Notes: a model not told the origin generated them from the sequence alone. DNA of 64,000 bases from Oceanomicrobium sp. (GCA_031415055.1 JANOQZ010000043.1:2612-66611), one strand, 5' to 3'. Shown: positions 31,434 to 39,696, counted from the stretch's first letter. Numbers and translations are program-made.

Positions 31434-32528
31434 GTGGCACAAACTTCACATGGCGTTGGCGACCTGACCTTCGATTCTTCGAAGCGCGCGCGACCGCCGG
31501 AACTGAACGTCTTTTTCGGCCTGATCCTCATCGTGCTCGTTTTCGAGGTGCTGGGCTGGCTTTTGCTGGGCGACTCGTTCCTGTTCAACACCCGCGACAG
31601 TGTGGACACACTGTTCAATGAACAACGGTTGCAGATCATCGTCCTTCAGGTCGCGATTGTCGGCATCCTGGCAGTTGGCGTCACCCAGGTCATCATCACC
31701 GGCGGTATCGACCTGTCGTCGGGCTCGGTGGTGGGCGCGACGGCGATGATAACCATGGCCTTTGCCCAAGCCGGCACGTTGAACGGGGTCGACAACACCC
31801 GCGCGGTATTCTGGGACCAAGGCTGGGTCGACCTGCCGGTCATTGTGCCGATAGTTGTGGCGCTGCTGTGTGGCGTCACCGCTGGTTTCATCAACGGCAT
31901 GGTCATCGCCTATACGAAAATTCCGCCGTTTATCGCCACCTTGGGGATGATGGTTTCCGCTCGCGGTATGGCGAAATGGCTAACGAAAGGCCAACCTATA
32001 TCGTTTCCAACCGAGTCTTACGCCTCGATCGCCAATGGCGAGATCATCGCCACCGGCTGGAACCCGGTGATATATTTTGTCATCATCGCCACGCTATTTC
32101 ACCTAGCGCTGAAATACACGCTGTATGGCAAGCATACATATGCCATTGGCTCGAATTCCGAAGCGGCGCGGATTGCTGGGATCAAGGTCGAGCGCCATCT
32201 GGTGCTGGTTTATTCAATTGCCGGACTGATGGCGGGTATTGCGGCGCTTATCCTCACATCGCGGAATCTAACGGCCCAGACTGGCATGGGGGTGATGTAC
32301 GAGCTGGACGCCATCGCGATGGCGGTGATCGGCGGCGTGTCGTTGTCGGGCGGGCGCGGGTCGATCATCGGCACCGCTTTGGGAATGCTGATCTTTGGTG
32401 TCATCATCTCGGGGTTCACATTCCTCAAAATCGACGCCTATTATCAGGAAATGATCAAGGGCGTGATCATCGTGTCAGCGGTTGTGGCCGATGTCTGGCG
32501 GCAAAAACGCCGCGCCATGCAAGGCTGA
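31434..32528 (+). CDS. sugar ABC transporter permease (RbsC/AraH-like)
   Basis: GTG 31434 lies 7 nt after AGGAGA (31421-31426). Multiple TM helices, GGIDLSSGS motif. Confidence 0.88.
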   Translation: MAQTSHGVGDLTFDSSKRARPPELNVFFGLILIVLVFEVLGWLLLGDSFLFNTRDSVDTLFNEQRLQIIVLQVAIVGILAVGVTQVIITGGIDLSSGSVVGATAMITMAFAQAGTLNGVDNTRAVFWDQGWVDLPVIVPIVVALLCGVTAGFINGMVIAYTKIPPFIATLGMMVSARGMAKWLTKGQPISFPTESYASIANGEIIATGWNPVIYFVIIATLFHLALKYTLYGKHTYAIGSNSEAARIAGIKVERHLVLVYSIAGLMAGIAALILTSRNLTAQTGMGVMYELDAIAMAVIGGVSLSGGRGSIIGTALGMLIFGVIISGFTFLKIDAYYQEMIKGVIIVSAVVADVWRQKRRAMQG

Positions 32529-32539
32529 GGGGGACGACG

Positions 32540-33307
32540 ATGAACGACAAGATCATCCTGAAAACCGAAAAGCTGACCAAGCATTACGGTGGCGTCCACG
32601 CCTTGCAGGACGCCGATTTTGAACTGCACGAAGGCGAGCATGTCGCCATTGTCGGCGACAACGGCGCGGGCAAATCGACCATTGTGCGTCAGATCACCGG
32701 GGTCGAGCAGCGCACTTCGGGCAAGGTCTGGTTTGACGGCCAAGAGGTGAATTTCGCCGGTCCGTTGGATTCGCGCCATGCCGGGATGGAGACAGTGTAC
32801 CAAAACTTGGCGCTCTGCGACGATCTAGATGTGCCGTCGAACTTGTATCTCGGCCGCGAGATTATCAAGTTCTACCTTGGGCCGTTTTCGATCCTCGACC
32901 GCAAGGCGATGCGAGTGGCGACCGAGGCGGCGCTGAAGCGGACGGCGGTGAAAATTCCCAACCTGTCAAACACGATACGCCACATGTCGGGCGGTCAGCG
33001 GCAATGCGTGGCGATTGCTCGGTCGGCGTCGTTCGCTTCGAAGCTGATCATCATGGACGAGCCGACGGCGGCATTGGGGGTGCAGGAGACCGGCCAGGTC
33101 GAGAACATCATCCGGAACCTGAAAGCTGAAGGCGTGCCGCTGATACTGATAAGCCACAATTTGCGCCAAGTGTTTGATTTGGTGGACAGAATCGTGGTCT
33201 TCCGACGCGGGCGGATCGTCGCCTCACTGAACAAGAATGAAACCGACGGGCAAGATATTGTGCAGTATATCACCGGCGTAAAAGGTGGGCTGGAAACGGC
33301 CGCCTGA
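32540..33307 (+). CDS. sugar ABC transporter ATP-binding protein (single NBD)
   Basis: MNDKIILKTEKLTKHYGG..., GDNGAGKST Walker A, MSGGQRQ signature, IIMDEPT Walker B. Confidence 0.93.
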   Translation: MNDKIILKTEKLTKHYGGVHALQDADFELHEGEHVAIVGDNGAGKSTIVRQITGVEQRTSGKVWFDGQEVNFAGPLDSRHAGMETVYQNLALCDDLDVPSNLYLGREIIKFYLGPFSILDRKAMRVATEAALKRTAVKIPNLSNTIRHMSGGQRQCVAIARSASFASKLIIMDEPTAALGVQETGQVENIIRNLKAEGVPLILISHNLRQVFDLVDRIVVFRRGRIVASLNKNETDGQDIVQYITGVKGGLETAA

Positions 33308-33332
33308 ATTTCCTATATCGGAGAATAGAGAC

Positions 33333-34346
33333 ATGACGGTAAGATTTGGCCTGCTGGGCGCAGGACGCATTGGCAAGGTGCATGCAAAGGCGGTGTCGGC
33401 GGATTCTGGCGCAACCTTGGTTGCCGTGGCCGATGCGTTCGCCGATGCGGCGAAGGCGATTTCCAAGCAATATGGCTGTGAAATCAGGACCATAGAGGCG
33501 ATTGAGGCGGCCAAGGATATTGACGCTGTCGTCATCTGCACCCCGACAAACACGCATGCCGATTTGATCGAACGCTTTGTCAAAGCCGGGAAAGCGGTGT
33601 TCTGCGAGAAGCCGATTGACCTTAATCTTCAACGGGTTAAGGACTGCCTTGAGGTGGTAAAAAAGCACAAGGGCAAGCTGATGGTTGGCTTCAACCGCCG
33701 TTTTGACCCGCATTTCGGCGCTGTTCGCGCGGCGATTGATGCGGGCAAAATTGGCGAGGTCGAGATGGTGCAGATCGTCAGTCGTGATCCGGGTGCGCCG
33801 CCGGCGGAGTATATCAAGGTATCTGGCGGGATTTTGCGCGACATGACCATCCACGACTTTGACATGGCGCGGTTTCTGTTGGGCGAAGAGGTGGCGACGG
33901 TCTATGCTTCGGCTTCGGTTCTAACCGACCAAGCCATTGGAAAGCTTGGTGATTTTGACAGTGTTTCGGTGGTTTTGACGACCAAAAAGGGCAAGCATTG
34001 CACGATTTCCAACACCCGTCGGGCGACTTATGGCTATGACCAACGGGTTGAGGTGCATGGGTCCAAAGGGTCAATTTCGGCGGAAAATCAGCGTCCGGTG
34101 TCGATTGAACTGGCCAATGCCGACGGCTATACGCGGCCGCCTTTGCACAACTTTTTCATGACCCGCTATACCGAGGCCTATGCAGCGGAAATTGCGGCGT
34201 TTGTTGATGTTGTGACTAAAAACAAGAAGCCATCACCCAATGGCGAGGACGGGATGATCGCTTTGGCCTTGGCCGAAGCAGCGCTGAAATCGGTGGCTGA
34301 AGGGCGGGCGGTGCAGGTTTCAGAGGTCATGTTGCAGCGCACATAG
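33333..34346 (+). CDS. iolG: inositol 2-dehydrogenase (Gfo/Idh/MocA family)
   Basis: MTVRFGLLGAGRIGKVHA..., EKP motif (FCEKPI), GFNRRFDP. Confidence 0.9.
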   Translation: MTVRFGLLGAGRIGKVHAKAVSADSGATLVAVADAFADAAKAISKQYGCEIRTIEAIEAAKDIDAVVICTPTNTHADLIERFVKAGKAVFCEKPIDLNLQRVKDCLEVVKKHKGKLMVGFNRRFDPHFGAVRAAIDAGKIGEVEMVQIVSRDPGAPPAEYIKVSGGILRDMTIHDFDMARFLLGEEVATVYASASVLTDQAIGKLGDFDSVSVVLTTKKGKHCTISNTRRATYGYDQRVEVHGSKGSISAENQRPVSIELANADGYTRPPLHNFFMTRYTEAYAAEIAAFVDVVTKNKKPSPNGEDGMIALALAEAALKSVAEGRAVQVSEVMLQRT

Positions 34347-34370
34347 CCGGGGTAAATGAACCTAAAATAA

Positions 34371-34414
34371 GTGTGCACCGGGCGTGCACCAAGCGTGCAC
34401 AGCGCGTGCATACG
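34371..34414. repeat. four tandem 11-bp repeats
   Basis: GTGTGCACCGG / GCGTGCACCAA / GCGTGCACAGC / GCGTGCATACG, each containing the GTGCA(C/T) core. They begin 25 nt after the iolG stop. Confidence 0.8.
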
Positions 34415-34485
34415 CTTGCAGTGTGCGAATGAGCGGCAAAATTGCCAATTTATGTTGCGATGCGGCAAGGGTTGGTGTCGGCGGA

Positions 34486-34510
34486 GATGGGTGCAGAGCA
34501 CCCATCCCAC
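34486..34510. repeat. single REP copy (tail CCCAC)
   Basis: GATGGGTGCAGAGCACCCATCCCAC. Near-identical to the copy at 16367-16391. Confidence 0.65.
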
Positions 34511-34525
34511 GGAAGATGGTCCGTC

Positions 34526-34684
34526 TCACTCATCCGGCACCACATCCTGCCTTTGCTGCCCCAGCCCGCCAATCCCCAGTTCGACCACATCGCCCGGCTT
34601 CAGGAACTGCGGCGGTTTCATTCCCATGCAAACGCCCGGCGGGGTGCCGGCAAGGTCCGCCTGCTGTGATCGGCTTTGCGGCAT
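34526..34684 (-). pseudogene. 3'-terminal fragment of an FAH-family hydrolase gene (paralogous to 35357-36196)
   Basis: The minus strand reads ...AGTPPGVCMGMKPPQFLKPGDVVELGIGGLGQQRQDVVPDE*, against ...TGTPPGVGMGMKPPQFLKLGDVVELGIGGLGSQRQDVVADV* in the intact gene. Nucleotide similarity runs over about 120 nt (34531-34650 vs 35362-35481). There is no N-terminal catalytic part. Confidence 0.75.
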
Positions 34685-34855
34685 GGCACCTGAACCGCAA
34701 GGGTGGGCAAATCTCCGGTCTTGCCAATAACGCCATCTTGCGACATGCTGTGAGTGTGGTTGAGTGGCATGAACGGGGGCGTAACCTGCTGGTTCTTGCG
34801 AGTATCCGGGTTACCCGAGGGCCGACCCGCCTCATTGACTTTAGGAGAACGATCC

Positions 34856-35281
34856 ATGTCAGCACAAGACGAAGTCCGCGACGCATCAGGAAAATTCTAT
34901 GGAGCATTGAACCGCATGGCCAATGGCGATGCGGGAGACATGGCCGGTATCTGGTCGCATGATGCGGCTGTCACGGCCATGCACCCGATCGGCGGCCGGG
35001 AGGTCGGCTGGGACGCGGTGGCGAATTCATTCGCGCAAGTTGCGCAGCTGGCGACAGCGGGTGAGGTCAAGCTTGATGACCAGACTGTTCAGGTCACCGG
35101 CGACCTGGCCTATGAACTGGGTACCGAGCGCGGGAAGGTGACAATGGCCGGGCATGAAGTTGCCATCGAACATCGGGTCACCAACGTCTATCGCCGGGAT
35201 TCCGGCGGGTGGAAGATCGTGCATCACCACACCGATCTTTCCCAGGCGATGCTGGACCTTGTCGCCAGTTTGAAGAAGTAG
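34856..35281 (+). CDS. SnoaL-like / NTF2-fold protein (DUF4440-type)
   Basis: ATG 34856 after AGGAGA. ...FYGALNRMANGD...WSHD...TNVYRRDSGGWKIVHHH pattern. Confidence 0.75.
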   Translation: MSAQDEVRDASGKFYGALNRMANGDAGDMAGIWSHDAAVTAMHPIGGREVGWDAVANSFAQVAQLATAGEVKLDDQTVQVTGDLAYELGTERGKVTMAGHEVAIEHRVTNVYRRDSGGWKIVHHHTDLSQAMLDLVASLKK

Positions 35282-35300
35282 AATCGCGGCGGTGCTGAAG

Positions 35301-35338
35301 CCAAGCTTGGCCGGCAGGTTCCGGCCAGCTTGGAGTTT
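35301..35338 (+). terminator. hairpin terminator after the SnoaL-like gene
   Basis: CCAAGCTTGGCCGG-CAGGTT-CCGGCCAGCTTGG (13 bp with one bulge) followed by AGTTTGG. The U-tract is weak. Confidence 0.4.
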
Positions 35339-35360
35339 GGCGGGACGAATTCCGCCCTAC
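35339..35360. repeat. single REP copy
   Basis: GGCGGGACGAATTCCGCCCTAC (compare GGTGGGATGAATCCCACCCTAC at 429-450). CTA 35357-35359 is the stop codon of the FAH-family gene. Confidence 0.65.
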
Positions 35361-36196
35361 ACATCCGCGACCACGTCCTGCCTCTGGCTTCCTAACCCGC
35401 CAATCCCCAGTTCGACCACATCGCCCAGCTTCAGGAACTGCGGCGGTTTCATGCCCATGCCGACGCCGGGCGGGGTGCCGGTGGAGATGATGTCGCCGGG
35501 ATGCAGGGTGAAAAACTGGCTAAGGTAGGAAACGAGAAAGGCCACACCGTAAACCATCGTTGCCGTCGAGCCACTCTGCCGCGTCTCGCCGTTCACTTTC
35601 AACCACATCAACAAGTTCTGCGGGTCGGCGACTTCGTCTTTTGTCACCAGCCAAGGGCCGGTCTGGCCGAAATTGTCGCAAGATTTGCCCTTGGTCCATT
35701 GACCGGAGCGTTCGGTTTGAAACGCTCGTTCCGAGACATCGTTGATGACGCAATAGCCTGCAACATGTTCCAACGCCTGCGCCTCGCTGACGTATTTCGT
35801 CGCTTTGCCGATGACAACGCCAAGTTCGACCTCCCAGTCCGTCTTCAGCGATCCGCGAGGCACAATGATTGGATCATTCGGCCCACAAATTGCCGAAGTT
35901 GCTTTCATGAACAACACCGGCTCTGGTGGCACTGACAGGCCGCTTTCGGCGGCGTGGTCGGAATAATTCAGCCCGATGCACATGAATTTGCCGGTGCCGC
36001 CAACGCAAGCACCAAGGCGGGGCGTGCCGGGTACCAGAGGTAGACCGGCAGGGTCAAGTGTCGCCAAGGCTGGCAGATCGGCCAAACCCGCACCCGCTAT
36101 GTCTGGAACTTGCGCGGACAGGTCGCGCAACGCACCATTGCCGTCGATCATCCCAGGCTTTTCCGCGCCGCGTGCGCCGTATCGTACCAGTTTCAT
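35357..36196 (-). CDS. fumarylacetoacetate hydrolase (FAH) family protein
   Basis: MKLVRYGARGAEKPGMIDGNG..., EVELGVVIGK, GKSCDNF, PGDIISTGTPPGVG. Confidence 0.9.
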   Translation of the reverse strand: MKLVRYGARGAEKPGMIDGNGALRDLSAQVPDIAGAGLADLPALATLDPAGLPLVPGTPRLGACVGGTGKFMCIGLNYSDHAAESGLSVPPEPVLFMKATSAICGPNDPIIVPRGSLKTDWEVELGVVIGKATKYVSEAQALEHVAGYCVINDVSERAFQTERSGQWTKGKSCDNFGQTGPWLVTKDEVADPQNLLMWLKVNGETRQSGSTATMVYGVAFLVSYLSQFFTLHPGDIISTGTPPGVGMGMKPPQFLKLGDVVELGIGGLGSQRQDVVADV

Positions 36197-36351
36197 TTGA
36201 CGCCTCTTCAAAAGATTGCTTGCTGGTAGCAGGTGTAGATAACTCCTGCCTAGGCTACTGAAAAGCATCAGCAAGTCGAAAGCAAGGCGATCACAACGAT
36301 AAAGAGCTATCCACAGTAGGCAAAGTCAGTGGCAAAGCCGCAGCGTGCCTC

Positions 36352-36948
36352 TTAGGACCATTGCAGCGGTGCATCGTCGATTCGCAGCGAGCTGACATAT
36401 TCGGTTCCCGGATGATCGTGGCCGGGAATTCCGCAAGATACGATTCCGTCGAAAGACGCTGGCTTAAGGGCGAAAGAGCTGGCCGTTCCAGCAATCTTGA
36501 TGCTTTCCATACCAGCCCGGTGATCGAGTGCGATGGCGGCGCGTCTGACGTCGAGGATCGTCGCGATGTTGGCTGTAAACAGAATGTCTCCGCCTGCCCG
36601 GCGCAGAAAGATACGTTGCTGGGCTTGCATTTGAGCGTCACTGGCGGTCTCAGCGACAAATAACTTGATTGACCAAACATCATCACCTTCGTCATCGTCA
36701 TAGAAACCGGCCATGACGACGTCAGTACCCGAAAGATCGACCTCGCCGAAATTGCCGTTGGCGATGTGCCAGCTCAAAATGAATTGGCAGACGCCAAAGG
36801 TTGAACGGACCCCCAGCACGCCGTTTTGGCGCCGACACGGACAAACTGCCTCGCAATTGCAGGCCTCGAAGTAGCTGCCGCCGATCGACCACGCGTCATT
36901 CGTCGCCAAAAGAACCTCCAACGTGATAGTTGTATCGCCGTGAAGCAT
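36352..36948 (-). CDS. DUF1326 domain protein
   Basis: Signature ...GSYFEACNCEAVCPCRR.... The start is ATG 36948, or upstream at 36978. Confidence 0.75.
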   Translation of the reverse strand: MLHGDTTITLEVLLATNDAWSIGGSYFEACNCEAVCPCRRQNGVLGVRSTFGVCQFILSWHIANGNFGEVDLSGTDVVMAGFYDDDEGDDVWSIKLFVAETASDAQMQAQQRIFLRRAGGDILFTANIATILDVRRAAIALDHRAGMESIKIAGTASSFALKPASFDGIVSCGIPGHDHPGTEYVSSLRIDDAPLQWS

Positions 36949-36990
36949 GAAGGCTGGGCGGCACATTGGCCAGATCAAACTCGGATCAGG

Positions 36991-38547
36991 TTACGGACCC
37001 TGCGCCGCACCGGGCAGTGAAATGCGGAATTTTGCGCCGCCAGTCGATTGCTCGAGGCCGATTTCTCCGCCATGGGCACGAAGCAACGCCCGAACAATTC
37101 CCAGCCCCATGCCGGTGCCGCCAATTTCGCGGTGGGTGGTGAAAAAGGCGTCAAACAAGCGCTCGCGGTTATTGGCGCTAACACCTTTGCCGTTGTCAGC
37201 AACTATAATTTCGGTGGTCTTGTCTTGGCTGACAGCTATGTCAATTATTGACGCGTCGTTGCGCACCGAATTTTCAATCAAATTGCCCATTACGATTACC
37301 AGATTTTCAAGACTGATCTGCAAGGCCATATCCGGATTATCGACCGAAATCGTTGCCTTTGGAAACCGTTGCCGCAGGTCCGGCAGGCACTTGCCAACCG
37401 AAGATGTGCCCCCCAGTTCCGGCGCTTCCGCTTCGGCCAGTTGACGCAAGCGGCCGACCAGCTGGGTCATGCGTTGGGTGTCAGCAATGATGTTGTCGAT
37501 GAATTGCTGGTGCTGTTTTGGCTTCATGCTGTTCGAATTGTCGCGCATCAATTCCGCTGCGCCCAAAATGGCGGTCAGGGGTGATTTCAGCTCGTGCGTG
37601 ACGTGGGCGGCGAAGGTGCGCATGTAATCGGTGCGTTTGAACAAGGCTTCGGCCATGCCGCGAATGGAACCCGAAAGCTGGGCGATTTCGCGGGTGCCAT
37701 AATGCGGCAAGGGGGCCAAAGCGGTGCGGTCGCCGGTACCCAAAGCTTTGGCCCGATCCATCAGCGCCGTGATTGGACGGGTCACACCACGCCAAAAGAC
37801 ATAGCCGATCAGACCGGTTGCCGAGAGAATGGCGAGGGAGGCCAAAAAGACTTTGTTGCGTTCTTCATAGAGGTTTTTCAGCACGTTGTTGGGGGTGCGC
37901 GAGGCATAAATAACGCCGGCAACGCGACCTTTGTGGATGACGGGCAGGGCGATGAAAACGCGTACTTTGGTGCTGCGGGAAATCGAATACAGCGGCGGCG
38001 GCACTCGGTTGAGGCTGCGCAGACGCAGCACCGGGGCGTACGCGCCTGTCAGAGCGATGGCAACTTCGGGAATATGCGCCAACGACAGGCCGATGTCTTT
38101 GCCGCTGCCGCCGATGATGATGCCGTTCGGGTCGGTGATGCGAAAACCGGCAAGGGTGACTTTTTGGGTTTCCGCCGCCAACACCGACAAGGCCGCTCCG
38201 ATTTTCAAATAAGCGGCATCGGCGGATGAATCAGTTGGCAGTGCGTTGTCTGGTCTTGGCAGAATTGGGCCAGCGGCAAGGTCAAGCGAGGGCACCAACG
38301 GGTTGATCGGTTCCGGGCTTGGGTCGTTGGGCGCAATTGCCCCCAACGAGGCGCTATCGGGCAAAGCTTGCGAAAACGCCGCCGCCAAGACGGTAGATTG
38401 GCCAATCAGGCTTTCCTCGGTTTGGCGGACCAATTGGTTGCCGTAGAGTTGGAAGAACAACAGGCCGAGCAACGGCAGCGTTAGGACAATGAGCAAAACC
38501 GCCGTCACCAGCAAGGCCAGCGATGGACGCCATTTCTGACCCGTCAC
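36991..38547 (-). CDS. sensor histidine kinase (periplasmic loop, HAMP, HisKA, HATPase_c)
   Basis: Two TM helices, H-box FAAHVTHELKSPLT, N box LIENSVRN, G boxes DNGKGV and GTGMGLG. Confidence 0.93.
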   Translation of the reverse strand: MTGQKWRPSLALLVTAVLLIVLTLPLLGLLFFQLYGNQLVRQTEESLIGQSTVLAAAFSQALPDSASLGAIAPNDPSPEPINPLVPSLDLAAGPILPRPDNALPTDSSADAAYLKIGAALSVLAAETQKVTLAGFRITDPNGIIIGGSGKDIGLSLAHIPEVAIALTGAYAPVLRLRSLNRVPPPLYSISRSTKVRVFIALPVIHKGRVAGVIYASRTPNNVLKNLYEERNKVFLASLAILSATGLIGYVFWRGVTRPITALMDRAKALGTGDRTALAPLPHYGTREIAQLSGSIRGMAEALFKRTDYMRTFAAHVTHELKSPLTAILGAAELMRDNSNSMKPKQHQQFIDNIIADTQRMTQLVGRLRQLAEAEAPELGGTSSVGKCLPDLRQRFPKATISVDNPDMALQISLENLVIVMGNLIENSVRNDASIIDIAVSQDKTTEIIVADNGKGVSANNRERLFDAFFTTHREIGGTGMGLGIVRALLRAHGGEIGLEQSTGGAKFRISLPGAAQGP

Positions 38548-39230
38548 GTCACCGCCCTAAGGCGGAAGCCGACGCCGTGCACGGTTTCGATCATCTCGCC
38601 ATTGCCCGCACGGGTCATCTTGGCGCGAAGGTTGCGCACATGGCTGTCTATCGTTCGGTCCGAGACATGGATATTGCCGCCATAGGCCGCGCGCATGATG
38701 CGTTCGCGCGAATGCACGTGGCGGGGGCGGGCGATCAGGGTGGCGATGATTTCAAATTCCAGCGCGGTTAGCTCGAGTTGGGTTTCGCCAAGGCGGGCGA
38801 CATGGGTGTCGCGGTCTATCGCCAGTGTGCCCCAGCGGGTGGGTTCGGGTTCGGCATCGGATTTGTTTGCACTTCGTTTCAGGATGGCTTTGACGCGACC
38901 GGCCAATTCACGGGGCGAGAATGGTTTGGTGACGTAATCGTCGCCGCCAATTTCAAAGCCGATGATGCGGTCGATTTCTTCGTCGCGGGCGGTCAGGAAC
39001 AGGATTGGCACGTCGCTTTCGCGGCGCAGGGTGCGGCACACATCTAGCCCATCCAGTTCGGGCATGCCGATGTCGAGAATAATCAAATCGGCGGGACTTT
39101 CGGCGAAATTGGCCAAAGCCTCGGCCCCGTCCTTGGCGGTGCGGGTTTGGTAACCGGCGGCCTCCATCGCAAAGGCAATCACCTGGCGGATATGCGGGTC
39201 ATCATCGGCGATCAGGATGGTTTGCTGCAT
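38544..39230 (-). CDS. OmpR/PhoB-family response regulator (alternative upstream start ATG 39299 with GGAG)
   Basis: MQQTILIADDDPHIRQV receiver domain (D at ILDIGMPELDG, KPF) plus a winged-helix output (...LTALEFEIIATL...VHGVGFRL). Its stop overlaps the kinase start. Confidence 0.9.
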   Translation of the reverse strand: MQQTILIADDDPHIRQVIAFAMEAAGYQTRTAKDGAEALANFAESPADLIILDIGMPELDGLDVCRTLRRESDVPILFLTARDEEIDRIIGFEIGGDDYVTKPFSPRELAGRVKAILKRSANKSDAEPEPTRWGTLAIDRDTHVARLGETQLELTALEFEIIATLIARPRHVHSRERIMRAAYGGNIHVSDRTIDSHVRNLRAKMTRAGNGEMIETVHGVGFRLRAVT

Positions 39231-39309
39231 GGCTTTCCACGGAAACATTCGTGCAGCATTTGAAAGGAACGGGGCGGATTGCGCAACGGGGTTAATCATG
39301 GGGTGCTCC

Positions 39310-39350
39310 AAATAAAAATCCCGCGCCTGCTGGGGTAAGCGGCGCGGGAT
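39310..39350 (-). terminator. intrinsic-terminator-like hairpin in the leader of the response-regulator operon
   Basis: Minus strand: ATCCCGCGCC-GCTTACCCCAGCA-GGCGCGGGAT (10-bp stem), then TTTTATTTGG, immediately followed by GGAG and ATG 39299. Confidence 0.4.
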
Positions 39351-39438
39351 GGGTCGAGGGGTAGTCGGTACAGTGCATGGTGACTGTATACCCAAGCACT
39401 TTGCAGAGGCTATGGCGCGGTTTGGCAGATTGTCAGGC

Positions 39439-39460
39439 GAATTGTGCAGGAATTGTGCAG
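39439..39460. promoter_or_regulatory. tandem 11-bp direct repeats (candidate OmpR-type regulator site)
   Basis: GAATTGTGCAG GAATTGTGCAG, a perfect repeat with one helical turn periodicity, in the divergent region between the regulator operon and the RT locus. Confidence 0.4.
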
Positions 39461-39544
39461 CAGTGAATCGGCAACGAGAGGTTGGTAAGGTACACCTCTG
39501 CGTGCTTGGCAAATTAACCGCCAACAGGTTAGATTATATCAGCA

Positions 39545-39696
39545 GCCGCGCCTTCGGGAACGCCGAGGTCCTAAAGACCAAAGCACGGGCGGGGTATCCC
39601 CGCCTGCGAATGATGACCTGAACATACGTGGCATAACCTTCGCTTGGCTGCGCCAAGAACGGGTTATGCAGAACGAAGAATGGCCGAAGGCGCGGC
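39545..39696 (+). ncRNA. candidate retron msr-msd non-coding RNA
   Basis: Perfect 13-nt inverted repeat GCCGCGCCTTCGG (39545-39557) / CCGAAGGCGCGGC (39684-39696). It encloses hairpins at 39567-39579, 39586-39606 (GGCGGGG-TAT-CCCCGCC) and 39631-39669 (GCATAACC...CTTGGC-TGC-GCCAAG...GGTTATGC), and ends 17 nt before the RT ATG. Upstream are TTGGCA (39506) and TATATC (39534). Confidence 0.4.

Noticed and set aside
31868-33307. 479-aa ORF apparently fusing the permease region to the ATPase.
   Set aside because: The first 224 codons are an out-of-frame read of the permease gene. The ATPase starts at ATG 32540 (MNDKIILKTEKL).
34371-34414. Tandem repeats as a CRISPR array.
   Set aside because: The units are only 11 bp, directly abutting with no spacers, and there are no cas genes in the window.
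36200-36352. GTAG...CTAC-delimited stretch (GTAGATAACTCCTGCCTAGGCTAC) between the FAH-family and DUF1326 genes as another REP.
   Set aside because: It has no hairpin stem comparable to the REP family. The resemblance is limited to the tetranucleotides.
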